Of a stretch of DNA of 64,000 nt, positions 13,101 to 24,655 are shown piece by piece. The stretch comes from Orbicella franksi (taxonomy: Eukaryota). The notes beneath the pieces are model-generated. The model ran no database searches. It was given only the letters and a program-made list of their open reading frames with translations, and was not told where the DNA came from. Position 1 is the stretch's first letter; each line of letters starts with the position of its first letter. Position numbers and translations under genes: made by a program. The stretch covers positions 1,116,001-1,180,000 of the forward strand of contig OZ116711.1 in assembly GCA_964199315.1 (NCBI GenBank), written 5' to 3'.

Positions 13101-16100
13101 GTTTGGAGCTTGTGCTGGAGTCTCCCCATATAGAACTTTGTTTTGTACCATCTGGCTTTCAGCTAACAATTGTACCTGTCTCTTCAGCACATTTGAGTAT
13201 CAAGTAACAACTGTAAAGACAAATCCCAGCCATCAATATCAAAAGAATGATAGCAAGAGCAAAACCAGCCTGCAAAATGAAATGAATTGATTAATGTCTG
13301 GTACTAACAACATAAAGCATTTGCTCAAACATTATTTTAAAAAATCACTTTGAATTCACAAATCCAGTGGAGACTCATCTTTAATCATTCAACCACTGTC
13401 TTTATAAGTAAATAACTGATTTGAAGAAACTCAGCTCTGGATATATTGCCAGACAAGAGGTTAGGACTGACCAATTTGCATAATATTTATCTATTTAAAA
13501 AAAAAAAGATTGTTTCAAAGATCTAACACAAAGAGTTCAAATTATACTGTCTGGACTTCACAGAGTTTTGACTGAGATATACAAACCTGATTGATTGCCC
13601 ATGGAATGCTCAACAGTGATGTGCCCATCATAGTGTTCCAAATTGAAAAACTAAACAGCAAAAAAAAAAAAAATTAATATTATCAACCAAGGCATTAATA
13701 AAATGTTGCTATTTTGTAGCTAAAAACCGAATCATCTTCAGCTGATGACTCATTAATGCTGAATCATTGCACTAGGTGCCTCTAACAACTTGAGATCCCT
13801 TGATAGTCCCAACCTTTTAAATATTGATCTTGTGGAGTCCAATACACTGACAGAACTAAACATTTTGGCCAAAGCACGCGGCCTTCATCTCAACACCATA
13901 CCAATTAAACATGAATGAATGAAATTATAGTAGAAAACCAATAAGCAATGAATTCCTTAATAACAAAGCCACTTAAGTACGCCCCTGATTTATTGTTCAA
14001 ACCAAATGCTTTTGTTTATAATGAACACACATTTACCCATCTCTCAACACTTTGCTATTAGAAATAATCAACGTTCACCATAAAGATAAATCCTGCCACT
14101 AAATTAAATAAACATGCCTCAAAAAGTTTACTAACATTGTCACAAGGCTGCTTTGTTTCTCATCACTTTCTTTAGGTATAATGAGAAATAACTGAGATGG
14201 GAGCATGTGACTTGGAATTATCTAAGAGAGAAGACAGCAACAAATAGTAAAACTAAAAATATAAGATTTTACTTTGCCAAACTGGTGTCTGAACTCAGGA
14301 AAATTTTATAGTTCAAACACAAGGTACTGTAATACATGTATCAACTGCAGACTTTCTAATCTTTCACTACAACAAGATTTTTCCCCTGAGAACAAAGAAG
14401 TAATGACTGCCAACAGTAAGTTGTTTCCTAGATGCATTGATAATGTGGATCATGTGTACTAAAGGCATCTGCGTTCGAGTGTTGATCGATACTCCATCGA
14501 CACCTCAGTTGGTACTTGTTCCACACTAAGCTGACATCTACAGTCAGTTGAGAGTCAACTAATTTTTGAGTCATATGAGTCCGTTGACATGGCCGACTAC
14601 TGACCGACTGTTGACTGAGTCTCAATCGAGATGTTGATTGAGTGTCAATGGAGTGATGACCAAGTATCGACCAGGATGTCGATGGAGTGTTCATTGAGAT
14701 GCTGATTGAGGGTCGATTGAGGGTATCAATCACTCCACTGTCGAATGTCTTTAGCAGCCATGATCCGATAGATAAATGTTATAATGTTATCAATAACTGT
14801 TATTATCAAAATTTATTGTAAGTTATTCTTTCCTTACCAAGTTATGTCTGGACAGTCTTGAAATGTATCTATAGCGACTGAATTTTGCTGCCATGTCCGC
14901 ATCGTGTGATGTTACAATTGGACTTTTTAGCGTGTTATAATGAAATGGTTTTCTCTTTGGAAATTGATTCTGTGACTCCACATCAACAGAGCTTCTCCTT
15001 GAACTTCCATTAACTGTACTATTATCATCTTGGTTCCTGGAACTTAAATAATTATAATTAAGAAACAAGAGTTAGAAAGTGAAGAACAGCAATGATTAAC
15101 GCAGTGATAATTTATCTGAATGTCAAATGCATTATAATTATAATTATAGTTATAATTATAATTATAATTATAATTATAATTATAATTATAATACACCAAG
15201 CAGAGCACCATACTCATAGGAACCCAGGAATTGGTTTCTCATGGTCAACATGGCTAGCGGTATAATCTATATATTATTAATAATGCATTTAATAATAAAT
15301 GTTTAATTTATAATTTTCGAGCACTTAAAAATTCGCTTTCTGAATTCAATTAATGGTCAGTTGACCAGTTCATTATAACAAGACTCTAAGATAAGTTTTA
15401 AAGAAGATTGTCCATGGGAAATTGAACCAGGCCAATTGATACGTGCCTCACCAGATCATCATGGGTTCTGTGAAGATAAATTCATTGGCTCAGATCTATA
15501 ACCAACTTTGTCAGGTTTTTGAACTTGTGCCCCTTTCTCAATTGGAGTACTGTAACACTGTAGCTTAACAATCTACTTGCCAACTTGAATGTTTCACTCA
15601 GGAAAAAGCCAATCAAAGGCCTTGTTTACAGCAATATCAAGCCATTGGGTTGCTCGAAAGGTGGATAATGCTATCCACTGGATAAATCACTATCCAGTGG
15701 ATAGAGTAGTTTGTTTTGTCAACGCTTATTCACTGGATAGTGTTATCCATCTTTCAAATAACTGGCACCTGACTTATCAGTTTTTTTTTGCTGAATTTGG
15801 ATAATTTATGGTGACTACCTGTTATTTGTGCCGTTTTGGTAAATATTTTCAGCTGCATATCAGATGTGGATATTTTGCCCTGACCATGTCTCGGCAAAAA
15901 TTACGAAATATGGCTTGACCGAACTTGCCTGATATGCCACCAAATGCACCAAAAAACAAGGATTAGGAAAAAGTAGCACTCTAGTTAACCTTAATAGCTT
16001 CAGTTAGTAAACCTAAACAACTTTGGTTAATTTTAGCATGCTGGTTAGCTTGAATAGTGCTCTGGTTAACCTGAATTGCACTGGATCAAGAATGATTGGC

Positions 16101-16783
16101 TTTTCAATTATTGAATGGGTAACACAATATATTGCAAAATTTCAATTCACTGGAAGCCAGCTTCTAGCGGTGATTCACGAGATCGCGATTTGCTCATGCA
16201 CATGAACCAAGTGATCTGGGTTCAATTTCACCTCTGCCCTTTATGTACTTAACATGACTCCTTCCCTTTTCACTTTGATAAGAAGAACAACCCAATCTAG
16301 GTGTCTAGAGCCATTAGACTATAAAGTCACTGGATCGCAGGTTAAGCTTTCGCCTAACTTTGACAATCTCAGAAATTTTTGTTGGCCTGTTGGCGGCGTC
16401 TAGAACAATCTATTAAGCTAAGTACATATACAAGTTCATTGCAATCCATATGTCGACTTAAATGTCCAAATATTAAACAGATTATCAGCCTAAAAGCTTT
16501 TCTCTTTTGAAAAAAGCTGCGTGCAATCTCCGAATTGATTTCAAGTTAGGAGTCAAGGCATCAGGAAAAAATTTTCTAAATGGTTACGTTACAAGCTTAC
16601 ACCGGCTTACAGGACGAAAGCCAAGCTAAACTTTCAAAATATTTGAAATTTAACGCAATTCTACCTCGAATTGCTTGAAACACTAAACCTGTCCTTGCTG
16701 CCATGGTTTGGACCTCCTTGTACAGAGAGAAGAGGAGAATTTTCGTCTGTCATCCCAACTACAGAATCGTTTAAGCCTTCCAT
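7154..16783 (-). CDS. SLC38A9: Sodium-coupled neutral amino acid transporter 9 (lysosomal amino-acid transporter / mTORC1 sensor)
   Basis: 14 exons in transcript order: 16783-16689, 15036-14838, 14221-14136, 13650-13587, 13269-13176, 12505-12338, 11756-11688, 11052-10870, 10160-10068, 9982-9876, 9353-9249, 8519-8371, 7671-7582, 7325-7154. They total 1674 nt = 557 aa + stop. Motifs [85 protein letters not shown] and YPHVGNIIRY match the SLC38A9 family as I recall it. Confidence 0.95.
8055..8275 (-). mobile_element. Degenerate SINE copy (same family as 39741-40038)
   Basis: Shares cc(t/c)atcaggctggagctt, gtgactaggagtatttcta and ggttacccc blocks, plus a decayed tRNA-like end, with the 39.7 kb copy. 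Lies in a SLC38A9 intron. Confidence 0.6.
14447..14766. mobile_element. MITE with ~23-bp imperfect TIRs and internal gtcga/ttga low-complexity repeats
   Basis: Left end ggatcatgtgtactaaaggcatc; right end aatgtctttagcagccatgatcc, which is the near reverse complement. Confidence 0.7.
15131..15192. repeat. (TAATTA)n hexanucleotide microsatellite, self-complementary
   Basis: About 10 near-perfect attata units in SLC38A9 intron 1. Confidence 0.9.
15648..15768. mobile_element. Short MITE-like repeat with tatccac/gtggata internal palindromes
   Basis: Ends gttgctcgaaaggtggataa and ttatccatctttcaaataac are imperfect inverted repeats, with repeated atccagtggata/cactggata inside. Confidence 0.6.
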
Positions 16784-18249
16784 GACGGATGTTCATTCAC
16801 TTGTTTCACTTTGGAGGAGTGAGGACTGGTCAAACTTCCGCCGGATGGGCGAGAGCAATTTTCGCCCCAAAACACAACGCGAAAAGAGTGAAAGAAAGCA
16901 ATTGCGTTATCAACTGAGGTCACACCTCAGCTTCAGCAATATGTTTCAGTAACTAAGCATTTTATTCAATTATGAAATAAACGACGTCATTGCCACATCA
17001 TGTGCTGTAACTAGCACTACCTCATCACAGCCTTAGCACGCCTCACGCCGCACGAGCAATTCGTCACGTTATGTCAGTTTCGCGGCAAAAACAAGAGTCA
17101 ATCATCCCTTCAAGGCAGGATTATTAGCAAGGCTGTTTCCCATCTTGTCTACAGCGCAGTGATCCCGGAATGGGCACCTAGACATCGCCCATTCTGATAT
17201 GTTTTGGTGAAAAACGGCCCTGTGAGAGAATAGAAGTAAACTGACCGGCGTAGGAAAACTTCATCCCTGAGACTCTCAATCCAAACCATCCTGCATGGTT
17301 TATTTTGTCCATTACACTCAGTTTTTTTAACCATGATGTTTTCCTTCCAAATTCGCTTTTAGAAATTGGAAGCTTGACTTAAATCCGGACCTCTTTACAT
17401 TCCTCACCGTGCCATCCACAACTTGTTTTTCATTACTGTAAAGTGATTGATCTCAATCTTATGGAAGTCTGCGATCACGCTCTACCCCCCCCCCCCCCCC
17501 CGTCTAGTGTTTTGTTTTCGCCCTCAAGCACCATTTCCTGGCTTTTCGCTTTGGCGCGCAAGCGAGTTTACGAACAACATGAGGATCTTGAGCTTCACCA
17601 CTCACATCCCCGGCCCAAACACTAGAGCTCAGTCACATGACCTCAATCTCAATTACACTGACACTAATTGTTACAAATTGTTTCCCTTTATTAGATTGTA
17701 TTTGTTGAAGTACAATATTTCCAAATCTATTTTACAAAAGAAAACAACCGATGTACTACCAGGTGCTTGAATATCACCAACTTTACTTTTCTGATTGAGT
17801 TCTTTATATAACATAGCCCTTACGAAAGGTTGGATTGAAGAATCTATTTGGATTTCATGTCACGTGAAATTCTAAATTAATGATAACCATCTGTACAGGA
17901 CCAGTCTAAACACAATACGATAAAATTATATTAGCACTCCCCAATGGACTCTTTGCTATTAATCATCTAATTTTACAATAGCATCATGATAAAAAATACA
18001 ATAGGATTATGATAATCGCAGCAACAAATACAAAGCAGCTTTAAATAACATTGCAGTGAATGCCCTTCATGGAGAACATGGTTCATCAAAACTTAAAATT
18101 CCTAAGGGTGACTAATATCTAATTTCTCCTTACATAATAAATAATACATTACCAAGCAAACCGGCAATGAGAATAAAAAAGATAATCAAGTAGGGTACAT
18201 AATTTGTTGTTAGTAATAGACCACAAAATTATCTGGCCAAACATTGCAA

Positions 18250-18385
18250 GGTAACAGAAAATATCCATACCCACCCCATGGGGTTGTATGAAGTTCCAAG
18301 AGGAAATTTCCAGAGGGATAGGGGGAGGTGGTTTCAAACTATAATACCTTCCATGGGAGGGGTATGGATATTTCTGAAACATCCT
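18250..18385. mobile_element. MITE of the 'agaaaatatccatac' TIR family
   Basis: cagaaaatatccatacc...ggtatggatatttctg inverted ends. Same family as 18664, 32387, 45715 and 48746. Confidence 0.65.
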
Positions 18386-18663
18386 ATTTAAATGAAGTGT
18401 ATGGTAGACAGCTGAGATTTTTTTTTCTTTTTACATAGTTTTTACAAACAATGAACAATGATCATAGCAGGCAGAAATTTACCCAATAATGAACATGTTT
18501 AAACCAGGAACACCAAAACAGAGCACTTTTAAAAAAAAAATTTAACCCACCATCTTACATGTATTATTAGGCTGACTGCCAACTCCTAATAATCAATACC
18601 TGGCTACTCATTATCGATGGCATAATACATGCATGAAAATTTTGTTCTTTGAGGCAGCAGCAA

Positions 18664-18830
18664 CATGTGGCTCCAGAAAACATCCATACCCACCTTATAG
18701 TAAGTCATAAGAAATCCCTTGCAGGGGTTGGTGCTGTAAAAGCCAGATATTTTACAGGAATGTATCAAGCTAGGGGGTAAACCCAAGAAACCTTAAGTTG
18801 GAATGCTATGGATATTTTCCGGAACAACAC
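18664..18830. mobile_element. MITE of the 'agaaaatatccatac' TIR family
   Basis: tgtggctccagaaaacatccatacc...ctatggatattttccggaacaacaca. Confidence 0.65.
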
Positions 18831-19370
18831 AATGCGGTGATATAAATGTATGTGTAGAGATTTAAGTATCGTCTGCTTAGATTAACAGAACAACCAACTA
18901 AATATGCATGGAAGTTTCAGGCTTGGATCTCAATGATTCTCTGGCAGTGTTGCAAATGAGGTAACAGAAGAGATCCACTTAAACTAACATAGCAATTTTG
19001 TTCCATACAAAAACTAATCAAGCTCTTTTTATAGTAATTTTTGGTTAAAAAAATATATGTGCACTTTCAAAGTGACAAATCATTTAATTACTTAATTGAT
19101 CACTCCTGAAAATGACAATGGCAGTACCCTAAATATACATTGTTACTACCTAAAATTATCAAGAAATGTAAAATGAATGAGTTATGCTTTTCTAGCCCAC
19201 TGATATAAAATAACAGGGGGTTGTGGCTCTCTCAAAGAATTCACTTTAAAAAGTAAAATTCCACATACATGTACAGGTTGCAATCATGCGTAACAATTAA
19301 GCAATGCCTTAACTTATCAAAAGCAATTTCTGTACACCAGGATAAGAAATAAAGAACTTGGTAAAAGTGA

Positions 19371-22300
19371 TCACACCCAATGTTCATGAAGAACTTTTCC
19401 ACCCTTTCGATATCCTACAACTTGAAATGCTGATTCACTGTTGTCTTGCTTGACTGTGTTATCTGGAGGCCTGTAATAGAAAGTAATTTGTTAACACATG
19501 ATCTGATCTTAGTTTCAGGTACAGGTTCTGAAATAACCACATCTTGTATAGCAAGGAAGATGTTGCCACGTTAACATTTGCCCTGAAAATATCTACAGAA
19601 TGAGTAAGAAGGGATATTAACTACACTTGCTTAACCCTGCTTAACTTTGCCTAAGATCACAACTACATAGCCATTCATAACACCACACTCCACTTCCCAA
19701 TAATTACCGGTATGAGACACTACTCTGATCTGAGTAATAAAACATTGCTGATATATTACTCAGACATCTCTTTCAAAGGAATGCAGTTGCTGAGCCAAGC
19801 CACATCAAACTATTTCAGGGTATATGTATAGTGTAAGTGCAGCGCAAAGCATCTTTATGGCTCAGTCAAACTACACAAGACAATGCCACACATCAAGAGC
19901 TCAAGCTAGTCAAATTAAGTGCAGTGAATGCTTGGTGCATTAAGAGCCAGAATGTAAATGCAGATGATGATAATGATGGTGACGATGATGATGACGATGA
20001 GGATATTTTGTGATGTACATACCTAATCTGAATTACACGTATAAGGTAATTTGACCGCAGGAATTTGCCAATAACTCTGCACCTACATGTACACCGAAAG
20101 GCGATAAGTTGCAGCATCTGATTGCGCATGTTTAGCCTCAGATTACTAGTGGTGCCAAGTGATTTGAGGGTTTCAAGAAAAGCTTCTTTTAGCAGTGAGC
20201 AATACTTTAACAGTTTATAAGACAACAGCATTATTAAGCAAGAGCATTGTTAAAAAACAGAGTATATAAATGTGTGAAATAACATCTAATGTAAACCCCA
20301 AATGCTAAAGAGCAATGTACTTGTGTTCTTACATTGATCAGAAAGAAGCCATAAATAAAAGGAAGAAACTTGATGTACATCAAGATTCTCAGAACAATAT
20401 GAAATAAATTTTACTGTGATGACTAGCAAAAGAACTCACAGTTTAATCAGTAAGTCTAAAATGGTCAATTACTGTTATGAAAGTAGCACAAATTAGCTAA
20501 TGCTGTACATGAGTCAGGACTCCATAAATTAATTTGCCTTAAAGCAGCATAGTTAGAAATATACTTCTCAAACTCACTTATCAAACATGAAAAACCGAGT
20601 TTGACCACATTTCCAAAAACCTTGCAGTTAATCAAAAATATTTGGCTACACATTGTATTTTCAACTCTCTTCTCAGTGTTTGGAAATGTGGTTAAATATG
20701 ATATTTCATGTTTGATCTACAACTTAACAACTGTCTAAAGAGTAAACTACCAACAGGTGATACACTGTATTAATTGCAGCAATACCTTTCTCTTTCTTCT
20801 AGCTTCTGTTCCTCCATTGGTCTTTCTTCCCAGTTCCTTTCATCATCTTTCCAATGATTATAACTTGCCCTGTCATACCCAGACTCTTCCTTAGTGAAAT
20901 TGGAATGATTCTGATCCCGTCCTGGGGATGTCATAACATGTACAACAGAACTTGTAAACTGCTGCTTTGGAGGAGCAGAGGAAACATCAGAGGCAAGGAC
21001 CCTGTAGCCTGATGGAGCAGAATCCAGAATCTCCTTGTTACGTTGAGGTTTTACATAACCAGACTCAAGATTCTGATGGCCAATAGAGGAATCACTGTCA
21101 ACACTTGATCGCCTTAATCTTTTATCTGACATTGGTCCATTCATTGCTATCACTCGAGATGAAGGGTTTTGATCCCTTGGTTGTCTCTGTACATCGTTTC
21201 TTTCTCTTTGGGATGGTTTAGACAGATGTTCCAAATTAACATCAAGACTTGGGATCTTCTGCTTATGAACAGCTACCGGAGATAACCTGGGTGGGGTTTG
21301 AGACCTGGTTGACGTTGGTACCTCGAGACCAAATTTCTGTCGCATTTCCATGTTCTCTTTTGTTAGTTTTTCCACCTTCTTTTCTAGAGTTCTCTTCATG
21401 CGAGAAAGCTCCAACGATTTCTCCATAGCCATATCATTAAAAACAGCATTTGACTTCTCTAGGTCCTCCATAGCCTTTTCAGCCATTTGAGTCTTTTCCT
21501 GTGCAGTCGTTTTTGCTTCTTCTGCCTCTCTCAAGTTTTGCTTTGTTAGTATTAGCTCTTTTCTCATCTCATCAACTGTAATTCTCAAGTTTTGCAGTTC
21601 TGATCCTTTATTTGTCTGTGATTGCAGTACCGCATTCAACTCCTTCTCAGAGGACTTCAATCTCTCGGACATGTCTTGTATTTCTCTTTGTAGTCTCTGC
21701 TTATCTTTTTGTTCACTCTCACAAGCTGTGGACAACTCTTTTCTTTTTTCCTCAAAATTCTTTCTCAGCAGTTTTACTTCATCGCTTTTTAATGACACAT
21801 CTTGCTTTGATGCTGCCAAATCTCTCTTCAGCTTTTCTAATGTGACCTCGTGGTCTCTACAGAGCTGTTCAACTGAGTCTTTATCTGCTAATGTTCTCTT
21901 CAACATTTCATCTTTTTCGCTGTTGTTTTTACTGGTAATTTCTAATTTCTGTGCAAGTTCTTCATAAGAAGTTCGCAAGTTTGAATGTGATCCTTCAAGC
22001 TGTTCTTTCTCAGACTTGATTTTGGTTAAATCTTGAATGACCCCTTCCGACTTGACCACTTTTGATTCAAGGTTGGCTTTATCTTCACTGAGTGTTTCAA
22101 TTTCTTTAGCCATCTTTCTTTTCTCATTAGCAGTCTTGGCTACAGTTTCAGAAAGGCACTCACATTCACTTTTTAAATTATAAACCTCTTTCTTCAAAAC
22201 TTCCACTTCACTAACTTGATCTTCGCCACCTTTGCTTGTTTCAGACTCCTTTTCTTTCTTGGTTTTCTGCTCTTTTCCTTTTTCACTTACACCCAATTTT

Positions 22301-24655
22301 AACTCTTCTTTTTCCTGTTTCTCCTTCTCCAGGTCATCTTTCAAGGAAGCAATCTCCTTTTCTGCCTTTTCCAAAGAATCATGAAGTGATGATGTTTCTT
22401 TGTTCAGTTTTTCAAGAGCTGACTTTAACTGCTGGACATTCTGGGCACCTTTAGGCATGGCACTGGATTCTGATTCTGTTTCCCTTTCATCTTTCATTTG
22501 TTGGATTTCTTTCACAAGTTGTTCAATTTTCTTATTCAGTGTACTGTTCTCTTTTTCAAGAAGCGCAGACTTCTTTTGAGCTTTTGCTAAATCTTCTCTT
22601 GATTCCTAGAAAAGAACAGGGTATTAACTTTTAGAAGAACATTATTTTGAGTTATTTTGGCCAAGTACAAAATTACCTTTTAATTGAAGAAAACCTGAAA
22701 ATGAAAGTTTATCAACTTGAAGATAGAAAAACACCAAAGAGATAATAATAAACCATAGAGGAATAAGCATGGTTATGGGTGGACAAGATCAAAATGGATT
22801 ACAACTTACAACTAACTTGAAAAATTTGGACTTAAATTTTTGAGATGTGTAGCATATCATACATTATACTTTTGTCACATCCTGTGACATCATAACCTTT
22901 GCGCACCAAAACGTAAAGGCAGCGTGCCTTGTGTGTAATGTTGGCAGTGTTATAGCTCTTTTGATAACACTCGCTCTTCATTCTTTTGTTTACATAGTTC
23001 GCTTCAGAATCGGAATAGAGATATGTAATGACATTGTAATTCAGTTGTCGTCCCCTTATAGGCTTTGTTTATGATTTGCATGCAAGGAAAGTAGTTTATA
23101 GTTTCACGGACAATCAATTCCTATTGTTACACAACTTTCAACAAGTTATTCTTTGTCTATTCAGATCAGATTTAGTTTGCAATGTAGTACAGTGATTATA
23201 TTTGCCATTCAGTTTTTCAAATTGGATCAATAAACATTGTGATTTAACACGACTGGTTGTCCAGTTCAGTTGGAAAACCTATCATCGTGATACTGTAAGA
23301 TGCGCAAACTGTGACATTTGCGATGTTTATATGTTGTGTACAGTGTACATGTAACGCATACATGCAGCTGTTTAGATGCCATTCACTGTAATACCAGAAA
23401 CTTGCTAAATTTACACAAGTCATGTCAAGTATGTGAATTTACAATGAAAATTGCATTATTCACGCCATCATCTAGAGATGAAAAACACTTTAAAAAGTTT
23501 ATTCACTTGGTTTCAGCCTCCTCCTTAGCCGTGTAACTTGCTATTTTGCTGCGATTGAATGAGAAGTAAAAGAAATAGGTGACCGGTGCAAGGCAGGGCC
23601 TGAGAGGTTTCATAACCTTTCTGAAAATGACAATAAGTTTCATGGCAGCTATGAGTACAAATGCATACATTGTACCTCACCTTCAACATCAGAGAATTTC
23701 CATTTTGATCTCCACTCACATTCAATCTTTTCTGCAAACTTTCAACTTCTTCTTCAAGGTCTTCTCTGTCTAATTCCAGCTGCTCTTTCAAGGATTTCAA
23801 CTGTTTTGTTTCCTTCTTCAAGCTCTCATTTAATTTCTGCATTTCAGTGAACTTAGAGTGGCATGTTGTCAGTTCCTTAGCCATATTATCTTCTGACTGT
23901 TCAGCCATTTGAAGCAGTTTTTGCAAGTTTGCATTCTCATCATGTAGCAGTTCTAGTTCTCTTGTCATTAAATCTGAAGGAACACCATCACAATCAGCAT
24001 TCTGTTCCTTACTCCTTAAGTTCTCATTCTCTAAAGTCAACTTGTCAATCTCGGCTTTCAAAGCCATGTTTTGTTGCTTCAGTTTTTTGGATAGAGGATA
24101 CAGACCATCAATCTCCTCACCATTTTCAACATCATCTGAATTATCTAGCATTGTCTTTAAGTGATCCACTTGGCCACGAAGACCATCACACTCTTCTTGT
24201 AAAGCGCCCTTCTCAAGTGCCAGATCTGAAGAATTAAGCACATGATTCTGGATTTCTGTTATTGTTTCTTCAATGTCTTTCAGTAAAGAATTCCTTTCCA
24301 TTTCAACAACAGACCTCTCCTCTTCTAGCTTACTGGTGCTAGAATAATGATCCTCTATTTCTGCAAGACTGTTTTCTATTTCTTGAACTAGCCGATCTTT
24401 CCGCAGTACAAGTGGTGTTCCATTAGAGGAGTCCACTCCATTGCCGTTCTCCAACACAAATAAACCTTCTGAGCTCTTGATCAGACTTGGATTGTGATCA
24501 CTTCCGAGAAAGAGATCTGTATTCTTCTGTTTTGCTGTGTTACTGGATGTAGAGTTTTGATGCAAAGAGGGAACAACTTTCTTGGGCTTTTGAATTTTGT
24601 TGAGTACTAGAGAATCCACAAAAGATCCATTTATCATCTCCTTCGGCATGCTATT
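19371..24655 (-). CDS. Uncharacterised long coiled-coil protein (>=960 aa) with disordered C-terminus; 5' exons unresolved
   Basis: Exons 24655-23681 (975 nt), 22605-20786 (1820 nt) and 19470-19371 (100 nt, ending ...GKVLHEHWV-TGA) are phase-consistent GT-AG. The sequence is E/K/L/Q-rich with heptad character. Candidate upstream exons at 28630-28527, 28045-28022 and 27102-27053, and a donor near 28699, could not be joined with confidence. Confidence 0.85.
20578..20717. mobile_element. MITE related to 43783-43924
   Basis: atcaaacatgaaa...tttcatgtttgat inverted ends. The internal tgtattttcaactctct is the reverse complement of agagagttgaaaataca in the 43.8 kb copy. Confidence 0.6.

Noticed and set aside
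19893-20231. 112-aa ORF with poly-Ser
   Set aside because: It arises from a (GAT)n tract inside an intron of the coiled-coil gene.
21612-24237. Plus-strand ORFs (21612, 21671, 22236, 23579, 23929)
   Set aside because: They are antisense shadows of the coiled-coil exons.
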